A DNA stretch of 64,000 nt from an uncultured Bacteroidales bacterium. Its GTDB lineage: Bacteria; Bacteroidota; Bacteroidia; Bacteroidales; Paludibacteraceae. Shown one piece after another: positions 44,032-52,557 of the stretch. The stretch is taken from assembly GCA_944321155.1 (NCBI GenBank), contig CALUKG010000001.1:4283-68282 (forward strand), read 5' to 3'. The notes under the pieces were generated by a model. That model made no database searches. It was not told where the DNA came from and saw nothing but the letters and a program-made list of their open reading frames with translations. Both the position numbers and the translations under genes were made by a program. Each line of letters opens with the position of its first letter. The first letter of the stretch is position 1.

Positions 44032-44904
44032 TCACTCCTCTTGCGAGATATATTGCCGCATTTTTTGTACCTTGTCAATAGCCACAAGATTTTGATTATC
44101 CCAATGGAGCACCTGTTCATAATTATATAGTGCTGCATTCCAATCGTTAGAAGTTTCCGCAAGACTGGCTTGCTGCATATAATAATCCACTATTTTATTT
44201 ACCATCAAATTGCGTTTCTGCAAAATCTCCTCTCCTGGTACCAAATCATAAGCCACTTCATAAAATCCAGCAGCCTGAATCATAGCACCAATACCTTCAT
44301 GAGCTGCTTTTTCTTCTGCTTTAGCATACAGTTTATCGTAAAAATATCTTCGGTTAGACTCCACTTCTGTAGTATCGTACAGACTATTCAAAGCCTTTCC
44401 ATAGCATTGTGCCGCCTTTTCCGGTTCACCTTCAGCAATAGCAGCCTCAGCACGTTCTTCCAGCATTTCCAACAATTCACGTTGTGCTTCACTCAAATTT
44501 CCCTCGTAATACTTCAAATCCGGCTGCCACTGCCAACCATTACCAGTCAATGGGAGAGGCAAAGTGGCCACAGCATTATAAGCCTCGACCAATGTTTTAT
44601 ATAAAAAGCAACGACGTTCAGCCTCTTTTACATTACGGGGATAACCAATATCCGCCAATTCTTGAAGCACTGCACGTTCCGCATCATCAAAATCATTCCG
44701 GAAATAATTGGTAGCCTGCATTGAACGGGGATTCTTCTCCAGAAGTTTAGCTGCCGGTATGGCAGCTTCCAAAGGATTGTCACCATTACGCAATTTTGCC
44801 AACTGAAAAGCAAGGCTAAATTGGTTTTGTGCTGTTATCGGCATAATGCACCCTATGACAAACAGTCCCAAAAGCATCTTGAAAGAAATTCTTAAGCTCA
44901 TCAC
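44032..44904 (-). CDS. hypothetical secreted, helical-repeat (TPR-like?) protein
   Basis: 290 aa. Signal peptide MMSLRISFKMLLGLFVIGCIMPITAQ; helix-rich composition; no family recognised. Confidence 0.55.
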   Translation of the reverse strand: MMSLRISFKMLLGLFVIGCIMPITAQNQFSLAFQLAKLRNGDNPLEAAIPAAKLLEKNPRSMQATNYFRNDFDDAERAVLQELADIGYPRNVKEAERRCFLYKTLVEAYNAVATLPLPLTGNGWQWQPDLKYYEGNLSEAQRELLEMLEERAEAAIAEGEPEKAAQCYGKALNSLYDTTEVESNRRYFYDKLYAKAEEKAAHEGIGAMIQAAGFYEVAYDLVPGEEILQKRNLMVNKIVDYYMQQASLAETSNDWNAALYNYEQVLHWDNQNLVAIDKVQKMRQYISQEE

Positions 44905-44922
44905 TTTATGGTTTATATATGG

Positions 44923-45822
44923 TTACGCCATTGTACCCAAGAACAAGAAAAGCATTCCTAAAAGCACCCCTAACAAACAGAAACTTTTCAGTTTGGGGTT
45001 TTTATCATGCAACACCCATACTCCATAGGCAAACGGCACTACTACTCCTGCACGCCTAACAGTTGATAAAACTGAAATCAGCGAATCAGGATAACTTAGG
45101 GCGTAAAAATAAACAAAATCTGCTAAAACCAAAAATATAGAAATAAAAACAATTGACCATCTCCATTGGAAAGGAGTGCCACGTTTCGGATTAAATTTCC
45201 ACAGCATTAAAAACACAACCATCAACAATGCTTGGTAGACCATATAATAAACTTGGACTGCCATTCTATCAAACCGGTGCATAAGATACTTATCATACAA
45301 CCCACTAGCTGCCCCAAGCACAACTGCAATTATCAAGCAATAAATCCATTTGTTATGCGTAAAAGAAACCCCTTCTTTGCGTCCGACAAAAGAAAAAGCC
45401 ATAAAAGAGAGCAATGCCAACAAAATACCTATCCACTGGTAGAGCGAAAGTTGCTCGTGAAAAATCAGCAAAGCCCCCACCAAAGTCCACATCGGTCGTG
45501 TGGCATTGATAGGAGACACCAATGTAATAGGAAGATTTTTCATAGAGAAAAAGCCGAACGCCCATGAAGCCAAAACAATTACCGACTTCAAAAAAATGAA
45601 CCCATGTGTACGAACATCGACTTCAGGCACGTAAAAAGGCGTATCCAACATTACTTGAGGTGCCCAGCGTGATGCCAACAAAAAGGGCACCAACAATAAA
45701 GCCGAACAAGCCACAGAAGAAAACAAAACAGGAACTACCGCATTATCGCGTAACGAAATTTTCTTGCTGATATCATAACAGCCCAGAAAAAAGGCTGACA
45801 GCAAGCCTAAAACAAACCACAT
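44923..45822 (-). CDS. EamA/DMT family transporter
   Basis: 299 aa with about 10 TM segments arranged as two EamA-like halves. Confidence 0.7.
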   Translation of the reverse strand: MWFVLGLLSAFFLGCYDISKKISLRDNAVVPVLFSSVACSALLLVPFLLASRWAPQVMLDTPFYVPEVDVRTHGFIFLKSVIVLASWAFGFFSMKNLPITLVSPINATRPMWTLVGALLIFHEQLSLYQWIGILLALLSFMAFSFVGRKEGVSFTHNKWIYCLIIAVVLGAASGLYDKYLMHRFDRMAVQVYYMVYQALLMVVFLMLWKFNPKRGTPFQWRWSIVFISIFLVLADFVYFYALSYPDSLISVLSTVRRAGVVVPFAYGVWVLHDKNPKLKSFCLLGVLLGMLFLFLGTMA

Positions 45823-45828
45823 ATCTTT

Positions 45829-46581
45829 TTAACCTTTAGAATAAACTTCTTGTGGATAACGGACATCCACCAAATACAAGCCTTCAGCTGGAGCTGAAGT
45901 ACCTGCAGCACAACGGTCTTTTTTCTCGATTACAGCAGCAAAGTCCTCCACATCCATTTTATGACGTCCCACTTCCAATAATGTTCCAACAATGGCACGC
46001 ACCATATTTCTAAGAAAACGGTCGGCTTCAATTACAAAAACCCAACAATTCCCCCTTTTTTCCCAATAGGCCATCGTTATTTTGCAGTTATTGGTTTTCA
46101 CATCGGTGTGCAACTTGCTGAAACTGGTAAAATCCGTATAATCCATCAAGCATTTTGCTGCCTGATTCATTTTCTCAAAATCCAATGTTCCACGCACATA
46201 AGCAGCCAAATCGCGCAAGAAAGGATTCTTCTCCTGCGTAAGCCAATATTCATAGCGGCGCGCCACAGCATCAAAGCGTGCATGTGCCTGCGGATTGACA
46301 GAAAGGATTTGTTTTACAGAAATATCATAAGGCAGCAAGCTATTCAACTTACCCACCAAACGTTCCGGTTCGGCTATATTTTCCACATCAAAATGCGCCA
46401 CCATCAGACGAGCATGCACGCCTGCATCTGTTCTACCCGCCCCCACTACAGCAATAGGGACCCGCAAAACAGTGGTCAAAGCCTCTTCCAGTACCTGCTG
46501 CACGCTTACTCCATTCGGCTGGCGTTGCCAACCGTGGTAAGCTGTACCTTTATATGAAAATAGAATAAAATACCGTTGCAT
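45829..46581 (-). CDS. truA: tRNA pseudouridine(38-40) synthase
   Basis: 250 aa. [14 protein letters not shown] and [11 protein letters not shown] catalytic-Asp motif. Confidence 0.94.
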   Translation of the reverse strand: MQRYFILFSYKGTAYHGWQRQPNGVSVQQVLEEALTTVLRVPIAVVGAGRTDAGVHARLMVAHFDVENIAEPERLVGKLNSLLPYDISVKQILSVNPQAHARFDAVARRYEYWLTQEKNPFLRDLAAYVRGTLDFEKMNQAAKCLMDYTDFTSFSKLHTDVKTNNCKITMAYWEKRGNCWVFVIEADRFLRNMVRAIVGTLLEVGRHKMDVEDFAAVIEKKDRCAAGTSAPAEGLYLVDVRYPQEVYSKG

Positions 46582-46592
46582 AATTCAGGGTG

Positions 46593-46600
46593 CAAAAGTA
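46593..46600 (-). promoter_or_regulatory. -7 promoter motif TACTTTTG immediately upstream of truA (very short leader)
   Basis: Minus-strand TACTTTTG ending 11 nt before the truA ATG. Confidence 0.3.
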
Positions 46601-46783
46601 GCTATTTTCCCGCACACTCCTGCAATGACCATAAAAAGATGACTAGAATCATAATATAAAAATACCACTTTCACCATACACGCGACATCAAAATCTTTTT
46701 CCATTGTTTTAGATTTAATAAAAAATTGCCGCTTGCATGTTCCGCTTATTATTTGTTTCTTTGCTTCCTTTAAAAAGACGGTG

Positions 46784-46922
46784 TGTCATAATATGCAATC
46801 TGCTTCGTTGCTATCAGGATTCAGGCTCGGTCATTTACATCAGTAAATTCCCAACGTCTTGCATCATACATATTCTGACATACCTTAAAGAGGTTGTATC
46901 AAATGAATCATTTTGACACACC
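46784..46922 (+). repeat. family-1 intergenic palindromic repeat (full-length copy) plus terminal hairpin
   Basis: TGTCATAATATGCAATCTGC...TTGCATCATACATATTCTGACATACC is homologous to the copies at 49295-49644 and 61521-61612, with imperfect terminal inverted repeats. It is followed by the hairpin GGTTGTATCAAA-N7-TTTTGACACACC. Confidence 0.75.
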
Positions 46923-46959
46923 CCCAACAAATAGAACAACAATAATAAAATAATTTCAC

Positions 46960-48064
46960 ATGCAAACAGACCAACTCAAAGATTTGTTGGAACGCTCCGA
47001 AGCGTTGAGGAGGTGTCTTTGACATCGACCGAAAGCAAATAGAATTGGAAGAAGAAGAACTACGTACACAAGACCCCGATTTTTGGAACGACGCCAAAGC
47101 TGCAGAAGTCCAAATGAAAAAAGTCCGCACAATTAAAAGCTGGCTTGAAGGTTACAAAGGGGTCAAATCCGCTATTGAAGAATTACAACTAGCTGTAGAA
47201 TTTCAAAAAGAAGGCGAATTAAGCGAGGAAGAAGTTGATGAAGCCTATAACACAGCCCTACAGCAAGTGGAAGAATTGGAAATGAAGAACATGCTCTCAC
47301 GCGAAGAAGACCAAATGGGAGCTGTACTCAAAATCGTTGCCGGTGCCGGTGGAACAGAAGCACAAGATTGGGCAGAAATCCTTTTACGCATGTACCAACG
47401 CTGGTGCGAAAGCAAAGGATATAAGTATGAAATCACCAACCTGCAGGAAGGTGATGAAGCCGGCATTAAAAGTGTTACCATGCAAGTAGAAGGCGACAAG
47501 GCCTATGGGTATCTGAAGAGTGAGAATGGTGTGCACCGTTTGGTACGCGTATCGCCCTTCAATGCACAAGGCAAGCGCATGACCTCTTTTACCTCCGTTT
47601 TTGTGGTTCCCTTAGTGGACGATACCATAGAAATAGAAATCAACCCCGCCAATCTGACTTGGGACACATTCCGTTCCAGCGGCGCAGGCGGTCAGAATGT
47701 AAATAAGGTAGAAACCGGGGTGCGTTTGCACTACAAGTTTACCAACCCTGTGACCAACCAGCCTGATGAGATTGTCATTGAGAACACAGAGAGCCGTTCC
47801 CAATTTGACAACAAAGACAACGCCATGCGATTGTTGCGTTCACAACTATATGAACTGGAACTGCAAAAACGTCGGGCAGAATCGGCCAAAATAGAAGCCG
47901 GCAAGAAGAAAATCGAATGGGGCTCACAAATACGCAGTTACGTATTTGATGACAGACGCGTAAAAGACCATCGTACCAATTACCAGACCTCCAACGTGCA
48001 GGCTGTGATTGACGGCGACCTTGATGCATTCATCAAGGCCTATTTAATGCAAAACAATGATTAA
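46960..48064 (+). CDS. prfB: peptide chain release factor 2, expressed by programmed +1 frameshift (join 46960..47019, 47021..48064)
   Basis: Frame 0 reads MQTDQLKDLLERSEALRRCL then TGA. The site AGGAGG-TGT-CTT-TGA-C is the classic RF2 shift site. The +1 frame continues DIDRKQIELEEEEL... and contains SPF and GGQ (SSGAGGQNVNKV). Confidence 0.93.
47008..47023 (+). promoter_or_regulatory. RF2 autoregulatory +1 frameshift site (internal SD-like AGGAGG + CUU UGA C)
   Basis: AGGAGG at 47008-47013, CTT at 47017-47019, TGA at 47020-47022, C at 47023. Confidence 0.9.
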
Positions 48065-48096
48065 CTAACCTAATAACAAATCTAACACAAAAGAAA

Positions 48097-49290
48097 ATGA
48101 AAAAGCTGTTTTTAATCGCATTCTGCGCTTTGACCACCTCTGTATTTGCGCAGACAACCGAACAAAAAGAACAAAACGAAGAAGGCTTCGTTTTCACGAC
48201 TGTAAAAGAAAACCCGATTACCTCCATCAAGGACCAGAACCGTTCAAGCACCTGCTGGAGTTTCTCTGCATTAGGTTTTCTTGAAGCCGAACTATTGCGT
48301 ATGGGCAAAGGCGAATATGACTTTTCTGAAATGTATTTGGTACACCACACCATGCTTGACCGTGCTGAAATGTATGTACGTCTTCATGGAGAAGGCTCAT
48401 TCAGTCCTGGTGGAAGTTTCTATGACCTTATCCACTGCTTCAAACATTATGGTCTTGTTCCACAGGAAGCCATGCCTGGAATCAGATATGGCGAGCCACT
48501 GCCAGTACACAATGAATTGGATGCCGTTGCAGGTGCATACGTAAACGCCATTGCCAAAGGCAACCTCAAAAAACTCACTCCCGTATGGAAGGAAGGACTC
48601 AGCTCCATTTACGACACTTATCTTGGGGAATGCCCAGAAACCTTTACATATAACGGAAAAGAATACACTCCACGCACTTTTGCTGACGAGTTGGGCGTAA
48701 ACATAGATGATTATGTGTCATTGACCTCTTATACACACCATCCGTTCTACACCACTTTTGCCATTGAAATTCCTGACAACTGGCATTGGGCATTGTCTTA
48801 CAACTTGCCTATTGAAGAGCTCATGCAAGTAATGCACAATGCCATCGACAAAGGTTATACTTTCGCTTGGGCATCAGACGTAAGTGAAAGCGGTTTTTCC
48901 AGAAATGGTGTAGCCGTTATGCCAGATGACGCAAAAGCAGCCGAACTGTCAGGTTCTGACATGGCACGCTGGACAGGCATGAAACCAGAAGACAAACGTG
49001 CAGAACTCACTGCCAAACCATTGCCAGAAATGGAAATCACCCAAGAAATGCGTCAGGTTGCTTTCGATAACTGGGAAACTACCGATGACCACGGAATGGT
49101 AATCTATGGTATAGCAAAAGACCAAAACGGCAAACCTTATTTCATGGTGAAAAATTCATGGGGAACTGAAGGTAAATACAACGGTATCTGGTATGCATCA
49201 GAAGCATTTGTTGCCTACAAGACCATGAGCATCATGGTACATAAGGATGCACTGCCGAAAGATATTAAAAAGAAATTAGGCATCAAGTAA
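48097..49290 (+). CDS. C1 family cysteine peptidase (aminopeptidase C/bleomycin hydrolase-like) with signal peptide
   Basis: 397 aa. Signal MKKLFLIAFCALTTSVFAQ, active-site Cys in QNRSSTCWSFS, His in DDHGMVIYG, and VKNSWG. Confidence 0.88.
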   Translation: MKKLFLIAFCALTTSVFAQTTEQKEQNEEGFVFTTVKENPITSIKDQNRSSTCWSFSALGFLEAELLRMGKGEYDFSEMYLVHHTMLDRAEMYVRLHGEGSFSPGGSFYDLIHCFKHYGLVPQEAMPGIRYGEPLPVHNELDAVAGAYVNAIAKGNLKKLTPVWKEGLSSIYDTYLGECPETFTYNGKEYTPRTFADELGVNIDDYVSLTSYTHHPFYTTFAIEIPDNWHWALSYNLPIEELMQVMHNAIDKGYTFAWASDVSESGFSRNGVAVMPDDAKAAELSGSDMARWTGMKPEDKRAELTAKPLPEMEITQEMRQVAFDNWETTDDHGMVIYGIAKDQNGKPYFMVKNSWGTEGKYNGIWYASEAFVAYKTMSIMVHKDALPKDIKKKLGIK

Positions 49291-49294
49291 GATA

Positions 49295-49644
49295 TGTCAT
49301 AACGTGCAATCTGCGGCGTTGCTTTCAGGATTCAGGCTCGGTCATTTACCTTAGTAAACTCCCAGCGCCTTCACCTTCAGCGCCTTGCATTTTACACATT
49401 CTGACATACCTTAAAGACAGCGGAATATAACATGTAATCTGCGGCGTTGCTTTCAGGACTCAGGATCGGTCATTTACCTCAGTAAACTCCCAGCGCCTTC
49501 ACCTTCAGCGCCTTGCATCTTACACATTCTGACATATCTTGAAGACAGCGGAATTTAACATGCAATCTACGGCGTTGCATCTTACACATTCTGACATGCC
49601 ATAAGAATAAGGGCTGTATCAAGATAATTCATTTTGGTACAGCC
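49295..49644 (+). repeat. tandem array of family-1 repeats (two ~130-nt full units plus one internally deleted unit) ending in a hairpin + T4
   Basis: Units span 49295-49431, 49432-49559 and 49560-49600. The terminal hairpin GGCTGTATCAAG-N8-TTTTGGTACAGCC (49612-49644) is followed by TTTT. Confidence 0.8.
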
Positions 49645-49670
49645 TTTTACTCTCTATAACCACAACACCA

Positions 49671-51074
49671 ATGATAGAGCATTTTCTACAAACGAAAATT
49701 ACCGAACAGCTACCTTTTCAACCGACCGAGCAACAAGCAGAATTGATTGCAGGATTGGCTTCCTATCTGACCGACACCACCCCACGCAGAGTATTTCTTC
49801 TGAAAGGATATGCCGGTACAGGTAAGACTTCGGTTATTTCCGCTTTGGTCAAAGCTCTAAAGCAATTGGAGCGGAAAACCGTTCTGCTTGCCCCCACTGG
49901 TCGTGCCGCCAAAGTGCTTTCCGCTTACGCAAATCAAACAGCCTATACCATCCACAAGAAAATTTACCGATGCCGTGCTTTCGGCGATTACCGATTCTCT
50001 TTATCAGAAAATTTACACACCGACACGCTGTTCATTGCCGATGAATCGTCCATGATTGCCAACGGCGGAGGAGAAAACAGCGGATTTGGTTCCGGCCGAT
50101 TGTTGGACGACCTTATCTCCTACGTTTACTCCGGCCAGCGATGCACGCTGATATTGTTGGGCGACAATGCACAGTTGCCTCCTGTGATGCAAGAAAACAG
50201 TCCCGCCATGAGCCGTGAATGGCTGGAAGGCTACGGACTGCAAGTGCATGAATATGAACTGACACAAGTAGTCCGCCAAGCCATGCAAAGCGGCATACTG
50301 CACAATGCCACCCTACTCCGTCAGGCCATAGCCGAAAACGACACTCATCATCCTTTTCCTTTCAGAACAGAAGGTTTTAGCGACATACGCCATTTGAGCG
50401 GTCAGGACATCATCGATGAATTGCAGCGTTCCTATGACCAAGTAGGCATGGAAGAAACCATAGTAGTAACACGCACCAACAAGCGGGCCAACCTCTACAA
50501 CCAAGGCATCCGAAACCGCATCCTGTATAAAGAGGAGGAAATCAGCAACAATGACCTCATCATGGTGACCCGCAACAACTATTTCTGGACTAAACCCTAT
50601 GACGGCATTGATTTCCTTGCCAACGGGGATATGCTCACCATCAATCGAATACGCAAACACCAATCACTCTATGACTGCCACTTTGTGGATGTCTCACTTC
50701 AAGCATTGGACTATGACTGGGAAATAGACGCAACCCTTTTGCTGGATGCCTTGCACACAGAAAGCCCCGACAAGGGATATGAGTTGTCCAATCACCTGTT
50801 TCAAGCCGTAGGAGAAGACTACCCAGAAGTGACTAACAAACGGAAGCTGATTGAACTTATCAAAGAGAATCCCTATTACAACGCCTTGCAAGTAAAATTT
50901 GCCTACGCCGTTACCTGCCACAAAGCCCAAGGCGGACAATGGAGGCGTGTGTTCATTGACCAAGGGCTTTTGAGCGACGACCGCATTGACACTTCCTATT
51001 ACCGCTGGCTGTACACAGCCCTCACCCGTGCCACCGAGCAGGTGTATCTGATTAATTTTGAGAAGAAGGGGTAA
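49671..51074 (+). CDS. RecD-like SF1 DNA helicase
   Basis: 467 aa. Walker A GYAGTGKTS, DESSM, and the C-terminal YAVTCHKAQGGQW motif typical of RecD/TraA-type helicases. Confidence 0.85.
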   Translation: MIEHFLQTKITEQLPFQPTEQQAELIAGLASYLTDTTPRRVFLLKGYAGTGKTSVISALVKALKQLERKTVLLAPTGRAAKVLSAYANQTAYTIHKKIYRCRAFGDYRFSLSENLHTDTLFIADESSMIANGGGENSGFGSGRLLDDLISYVYSGQRCTLILLGDNAQLPPVMQENSPAMSREWLEGYGLQVHEYELTQVVRQAMQSGILHNATLLRQAIAENDTHHPFPFRTEGFSDIRHLSGQDIIDELQRSYDQVGMEETIVVTRTNKRANLYNQGIRNRILYKEEEISNNDLIMVTRNNYFWTKPYDGIDFLANGDMLTINRIRKHQSLYDCHFVDVSLQALDYDWEIDATLLLDALHTESPDKGYELSNHLFQAVGEDYPEVTNKRKLIELIKENPYYNALQVKFAYAVTCHKAQGGQWRRVFIDQGLLSDDRIDTSYYRWLYTALTRATEQVYLINFEKKG

Positions 51075-51162
51075 AGCTTTCTTTTTTATAGGAAATAAAC
51101 CGTATTCTATGGGATGAATCAAACTTCCACAACAATACATTAGCCCGTTTTTATTCGTTAAC

Positions 51163-51175
51163 AAAAAAAAAAAAA
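51163..51175 (+). repeat. A13 homopolymer tract
   Basis: Thirteen consecutive A residues, 8 nt upstream of a -33 TTTG. Confidence 0.9.
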
Positions 51176-51183
51176 CGAGAAGT

Positions 51184-51215
51184 TTTGTTTATCAAAACAG
51201 ATATATCTACCTTTG
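51184..51215 (+). promoter_or_regulatory. Bacteroidetes-type promoter (TTTG-N20-TACCTTTG) facing the repeat cluster and the orphan/LRR genes
   Basis: TTTG at 51184-51187 and TACCTTTG at 51208-51215. Confidence 0.5.
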
Positions 51216-51297
51216 TGCAAGAAACAACTATTGCTCTGACAATAAAAGAATTTACAAAGCTCTCATCAACAAAGGATACCACGGCATAAGATGATGT

Positions 51298-51633
51298 CAC
51301 TGGATTCCGTATCGTAGTACGGAATGACGGTAAGAGGAACGAAGGAGGGTTTGATGAGCGGTGAAGGGATGAGAGAGGGGTGACTTTATGCCCACCCTAC
51401 TGCCATGGCTACTGGATTCCGCATCAAGTGCGGAATGACGGTAAGAGGAACGAAGGAGAGGCTAATAAGCGGTGAAAGAATGAGAGAGAGGTGACTCTAT
51501 GTTTACCCTAATGCCATGGCTACTGGATTCTGTATCGAGTACGGAATGACGGGAAGGAGGAACGGAGTGTATGAGTACAAACGATAGAGCAAAAGTGAAT
51601 AGCGAGGTCATACCGCAGGAATGCGGTATCCAG
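51298..51633 (+). repeat. family-2 REP-like repeat cluster (three ~112-nt units)
   Basis: Units start near 51298, 51411 and 51522. Each begins CTGGATTCCGTATCG.AGTACGGAATGACGG (an 8-bp hairpin). The last unit ends ATACCGCAGGAATGCGGTATCCAG. Confidence 0.85.
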
Positions 51634-51705
51634 GAAAGAGAAAAATAAGGAAAAACAGTATAACAACTTATTATCAAAGAATGTAAAACAACAAAAATCA
51701 AACCC

Positions 51706-52545
51706 ATGAATGAAAATCTACGCCTTATTAAAGAAATTGTAGAGGGGATGAAATCCAGCAATTTTGGTAGCGGTTCGGTCTATGAAAAGGACAAACAATG
51801 TATCAAGAAAATGTTTGACTCACTCGGAACCGGCTCCACCCCCTGTTCAAAAGTTTACACGGAAGAGGAAATCTACATTCTCCTCACTGTAATAGACAGC
51901 ACCTATTCCACCCAAATGACCAAGCGTTATTACGGAACAGTGGAATTGGCCAATGTGCTCTACGAACTCAACACGAAGAAACCTTTGTGCCAATTGTTTA
52001 CCGATTTTCTTAAAGACAAGAACTTTGACCCCTTTTTTATTCCAAAACAGGGTACTAACCTCTTCACTGGAAACTATGGTATAGACAAAAATGGCACTAA
52101 CAAAGGGAAAGCCGTTTCCCTTATCACCAAATTTGCCTATTTCGTTACTGATTTTCAATTTCCCATTTACGACTCCATTGTAACGGAACTGTACAAACCC
52201 TTCTGGACTTTCTGTGGCTTTGCAGATAAACCACTGTCCATAAAAAAATATGATGTGCCAAGTCTGATTACAGCCATCGATGTCTTTATTGCCAAACTGG
52301 AAAAAGAAGAAGAAGGTATTCATATCGATTATGACACTTTCGACCAATTGTTGTGGCGCACAGGAAAGATTTGTAGAGAGAACTTTTCACTTATCCTCTC
52401 TATGGAGCAGTATATCGACTATAAGAGAAAAAAAACGCCACTCCCCAAAGTGCTTAACGAAGACCAGACAATGCTGAAATTCCTTGCATTGGCTTCTCAC
52501 ATTTGTCCGCTATACAAGAAATATAAGAATAAGACAAACAAATAA
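51706..52545 (+). CDS. hypothetical cytoplasmic protein (no family recognised)
   Basis: 279 aa with no signal peptide or TM segment. It lies 12 nt upstream of the LRR gene on the same strand. Confidence 0.6.
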   Translation: MNENLRLIKEIVEGMKSSNFGSGSVYEKDKQCIKKMFDSLGTGSTPCSKVYTEEEIYILLTVIDSTYSTQMTKRYYGTVELANVLYELNTKKPLCQLFTDFLKDKNFDPFFIPKQGTNLFTGNYGIDKNGTNKGKAVSLITKFAYFVTDFQFPIYDSIVTELYKPFWTFCGFADKPLSIKKYDVPSLITAIDVFIAKLEKEEEGIHIDYDTFDQLLWRTGKICRENFSLILSMEQYIDYKRKKTPLPKVLNEDQTMLKFLALASHICPLYKKYKNKTNK

Positions 52546-52557
52546 AACGGAGATAAT

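Noticed and set aside
46885-47130. 81-aa minus-strand ORF overlapping the prfB start and frameshift site
   Set aside because: It is antisense to the conserved RF2 N-terminus and to the family-1 repeat, with no supporting signals.
49295-49644. Possible CRISPR array (regularly repeated units)
   Set aside because: The units are 110-135 nt, directly abutting, with no unique spacers between short repeats and no cas genes in the window. The same applies to 51298-51633 and 55305-55528.
51462-51761. 99-aa minus-strand ORF (and its counterpart at 55207..55644) sharing peptide strings such as RHSVL and IPH.C.MTSL
   Set aside because: Both lie inside the family-2 repeat clusters, and the shared peptides are a by-product of repeated DNA. 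No start context or promoter is present, and the hairpin covariation argues for nucleic-acid-level rather than protein-level selection.
51847-52347. 166-aa minus-strand ORF opposite the orphan gene
   Set aside because: It is shorter than the plus-strand ORF and Phe-rich/low-complexity, with no promoter. The plus-strand ORF is directly followed by the LRR gene on the same strand.
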